NCBI GenBank assembly: GCA_910587735.1
Contig: CAJUNT010000003.1
Location: 16,515 to 80,514, forward strand
Origin: an uncultured Clostridia bacterium
GTDB lineage: Bacteria > Bacillota > Clostridia > Lachnospirales > Anaerotignaceae
DNA: 64,000 nucleotides
Reading direction: 5' to 3'
The notes under the pieces are model-generated. The model was given only the letters and a program-made list of their open reading frames with translations. It had not been told where the DNA came from and did not search any database. The position numbers and the translations under genes are program-made. Shown one piece after another: positions 61,744-64,000 of the stretch (position 1 is its first letter; each line of letters begins with the position of its first letter).

Positions 61744-64000
61744 TTATTCAGCTAATATATTTTCCATATAATGATTTTCAGGCTCATAATTTAATCCCAT
61801 ATAATCTCTTATAATTTCTCTTGCAATAACAGCAGCAGGTGCACCAGATATTTCTCCATAAGGCAATAGTACTGTAATTGCAATTTGTGGGTCATCATAA
61901 GGCGCAAAGCAAACAAACCAGCTATGAGAACTTCTTGATTTATCTTCTTCTGCTGTACCAGATTTTGCTGCAACTTGTATAGGAAAGTTATTAAATATTG
62001 TACGCAATGTCCCTTTTTGTCCAGATGTAACGAGAAGCATACCTTGGTATACAATATCTAAGTTTTGTTGTTGTAATTCCAATATATTTTCTACTACTTC
62101 ATCAAATTGCTGTGCTGTAGTACCATCAGCATTTACTAATTTTGATACCATATGCATTTTATATCTTGTGCCACCATTCGCTAACGTAGCAATATATTTT
62201 GTCATATGGATAGGAGCATAGTTATTTACAGACTGTCCAATATAGGTACGTATAGAATCTGCATCTGTCCATTGTACTTGAGATTCTGATGCATTTGGAT
62301 TGATAGCACGTATAGAACGTTCTTTATTTGTAGGTGTTGCCATCATAGGAGAACTTTCACCTATTTCTACCCCTGTATAATCATTTAAGCCAAATGCTGC
62401 CATATATTCATTTAATGTAGCAATACCTTGTGCTGTTGTTTTTTCAGAAGCATTTCCCATACGATAAGCAAGCTCATAAAAGAAATAGTTACAAGATACT
62501 TCTAATGCATGGGCTACATTCACAGCTCCATGTCTGCCACCACTACTGCCATAAATCCAGCATTTTGGATAAGGTTTACCTGCTTTGGTGAAATAGCCTA
62601 AGTCGTTTATTGTGCTGTTTGGTGTAATCACTCCTGTTTCTAATCCAGCAAGTGCTGGTATCATTTTAAATGTAGAACCAGGTGCTTTTCTTTCTGACAT
62701 AGGTCTGTTAACAAGAGGCGTTGTATCTTTTCTATGCATTAAATCAATATAATAACTATTGTTAAAGTTATTTGAGAATTCATTTGTATCATAAGATGGA
62801 TATGTGACAGAACTCAAAACTTCTCCAGAATCTACACGAGAAATTACAACAGAACCTGTACAAGGGTCTAAATTAGTATCTCCTGGTGTGAGTTCTCCAG
62901 AATCCAATTTATCATTAATTACTTGCAGAGGAGAAATGATACCATTTTGAATACTTGTCAAATATTCTGCATCTGCTGAAATTTTTCCTTGCTCAATTAA
63001 TACTAATATTAATTGTCTTGGTGTAATTTCTCCCTTGTCTATGGCTGATGTCAGTACTTGTAATGCAAAATCCCTTGGATTTACTTTTCCTGCTTTTCTT
63101 TCTTCTTCTGTTAATTCTGTCAACTCAAATGCAGCATCTTGCTCTAGTATTTTTTGATATAAGATATATTGTTCTCCTTCTGTTGCATTACATATTTTAT
63201 CAATAGAAATACTGTTATCTGAAAGCATACGACTAAATAATTCTTGGAGTGTTGTACCACCACCATTCAGTTTTCTTTTAATCACATCTCTTAATACATT
63301 TTCTAATGCATCATAAGCAGATTTTTGAAGTCGACTATCTAATGTTAAAAAAATGTCTTGCCCAGAAACAGGATTTTGAGATTCTATGGTATTCATACGT
63401 CTTCCTACGTTATCAACTTCTACAACCATTTTACCATCTTTACCATTTAATTCTCTTTCAAATATAGATTCTATACCAGACTGCCCTACAACATCAGTCA
63501 TAGAATATATTTTATTGCCTTCTTCGTCAACATCATCTTTATAAATATCATAATTGGTATCTGTCATTTTTCTGGTATATCCTATAATATGAGCAAAATA
63601 TTTTCCCATAGGATAATCCCTTAATGAATCTGTACCTACTATAATACAAGGAAATATATCATTCATTTCTTCTACATTAGCAAGTGTTTTAGTAGAAACG
63701 TCTAATGATATAGTAACAGGCTGATAACGATAAAAACGCTCCAAAAACATAGCATAACGTATGCCGATTACTTTTCTTACAATGTCAGAAGGCAATTCTT
63801 TTGGAATATCAAAATAATTTTGTAAATAATCAATAGTTTGTGTTGCGTCATATGCTTGTTGTTGTTCTGTTTTCATATCAACAGTGGTTTTCCAAGAAAG
63901 TTCTTTTCCTTTATTATCATTAAATAAGAAATTATAGGGTTGTTGTTGTGTAATTGGCAAATCGTCCACTAATGTTTCATTATTTTGGTCTAATATTTTT
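61744..64000 (-). CDS. class B penicillin-binding protein (PBP2-like), 5' truncated by window edge
   Basis: PGSTFK (SxxK), SCN (SxN), KSGTAE; RDYP..AHIIGY dimerisation domain; frame open to window end. Confidence 0.92.
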   Translation of the reverse strand, partial: KILDQNNETLVDDLPITQQQPYNFLFNDNKGKELSWKTTVDMKTEQQQAYDATQTIDYLQNYFDIPKELPSDIVRKVIGIRYAMFLERFYRYQPVTISLDVSTKTLANVEEMNDIFPCIIVGTDSLRDYPMGKYFAHIIGYTRKMTDTNYDIYKDDVDEEGNKIYSMTDVVGQSGIESIFERELNGKDGKMVVEVDNVGRRMNTIESQNPVSGQDIFLTLDSRLQKSAYDALENVLRDVIKRKLNGGGTTLQELFSRMLSDNSISIDKICNATEGEQYILYQKILEQDAAFELTELTEEERKAGKVNPRDFALQVLTSAIDKGEITPRQLILVLIEQGKISADAEYLTSIQNGIISPLQVINDKLDSGELTPGDTNLDPCTGSVVISRVDSGEVLSSVTYPSYDTNEFSNNFNNSYYIDLMHRKDTTPLVNRPMSERKAPGSTFKMIPALAGLETGVITPNSTINDLGYFTKAGKPYPKCWIYGSSGGRHGAVNVAHALEVSCNYFFYELAYRMGNASEKTTAQGIATLNEYMAAFGLNDYTGVEIGESSPMMATPTNKERSIRAINPNASESQVQWTDADSIRTYIGQSVNNYAPIHMTKYIATLANGGTRYKMHMVSKLVNADGTTAQQFDEVVENILELQQQNLDIVYQGMLLVTSGQKGTLRTIFNNFPIQVAAKSGTAEEDKSRSSHSWFVCFAPYDDPQIAITVLLPYGEISGAPAAVIAREIIRDYMGLNYEPENHYMENILAE

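Overview
AT-rich chromosomal segment from an endospore-forming Clostridia bacterium (probably a Lachnospirales-type gut anaerobe; inferred from gene content). It is mostly housekeeping: serC-serA-DUF1015, a PAS/GGDEF cyclase, lipid genes (YhhN-like, acyl-ACP thioesterase, cls), malQ, mtaB-ireB-ruvX-DUF1292-rnj-ylbF, asnB, catA-like, kbl, murG-galE, pth-mfd-prsA, a NitT/TauT ABC transporter, an [FeFe] hydrogenase, spoVT, ger/spoIIR/sleB and pbp2-minC-minD-minE-rodA-mgsA. One decayed IS retains its ends and an 8-bp target duplication. I saw no rRNA, tRNA, CRISPR array or prophage. The most unusual signals are: (1) two unrelated genes whose strong Shine-Dalgarno (GAAAGGAGAA) is separated from the ATG by a 69-92 nt hairpin; (2) a 1220-aa S-layer-like gene with an internal patch that breaks the window's GATC avoidance and the gene's codon bias, driven by tandem sigA promoters that each carry WalR-type boxes; (3) a 6S-like rod-shaped RNA candidate between minC and minD; (4) an attenuator-like serC leader and an SD-sequestering hairpin at rnj. 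All calls are by eye; no searches or folding programs were run.
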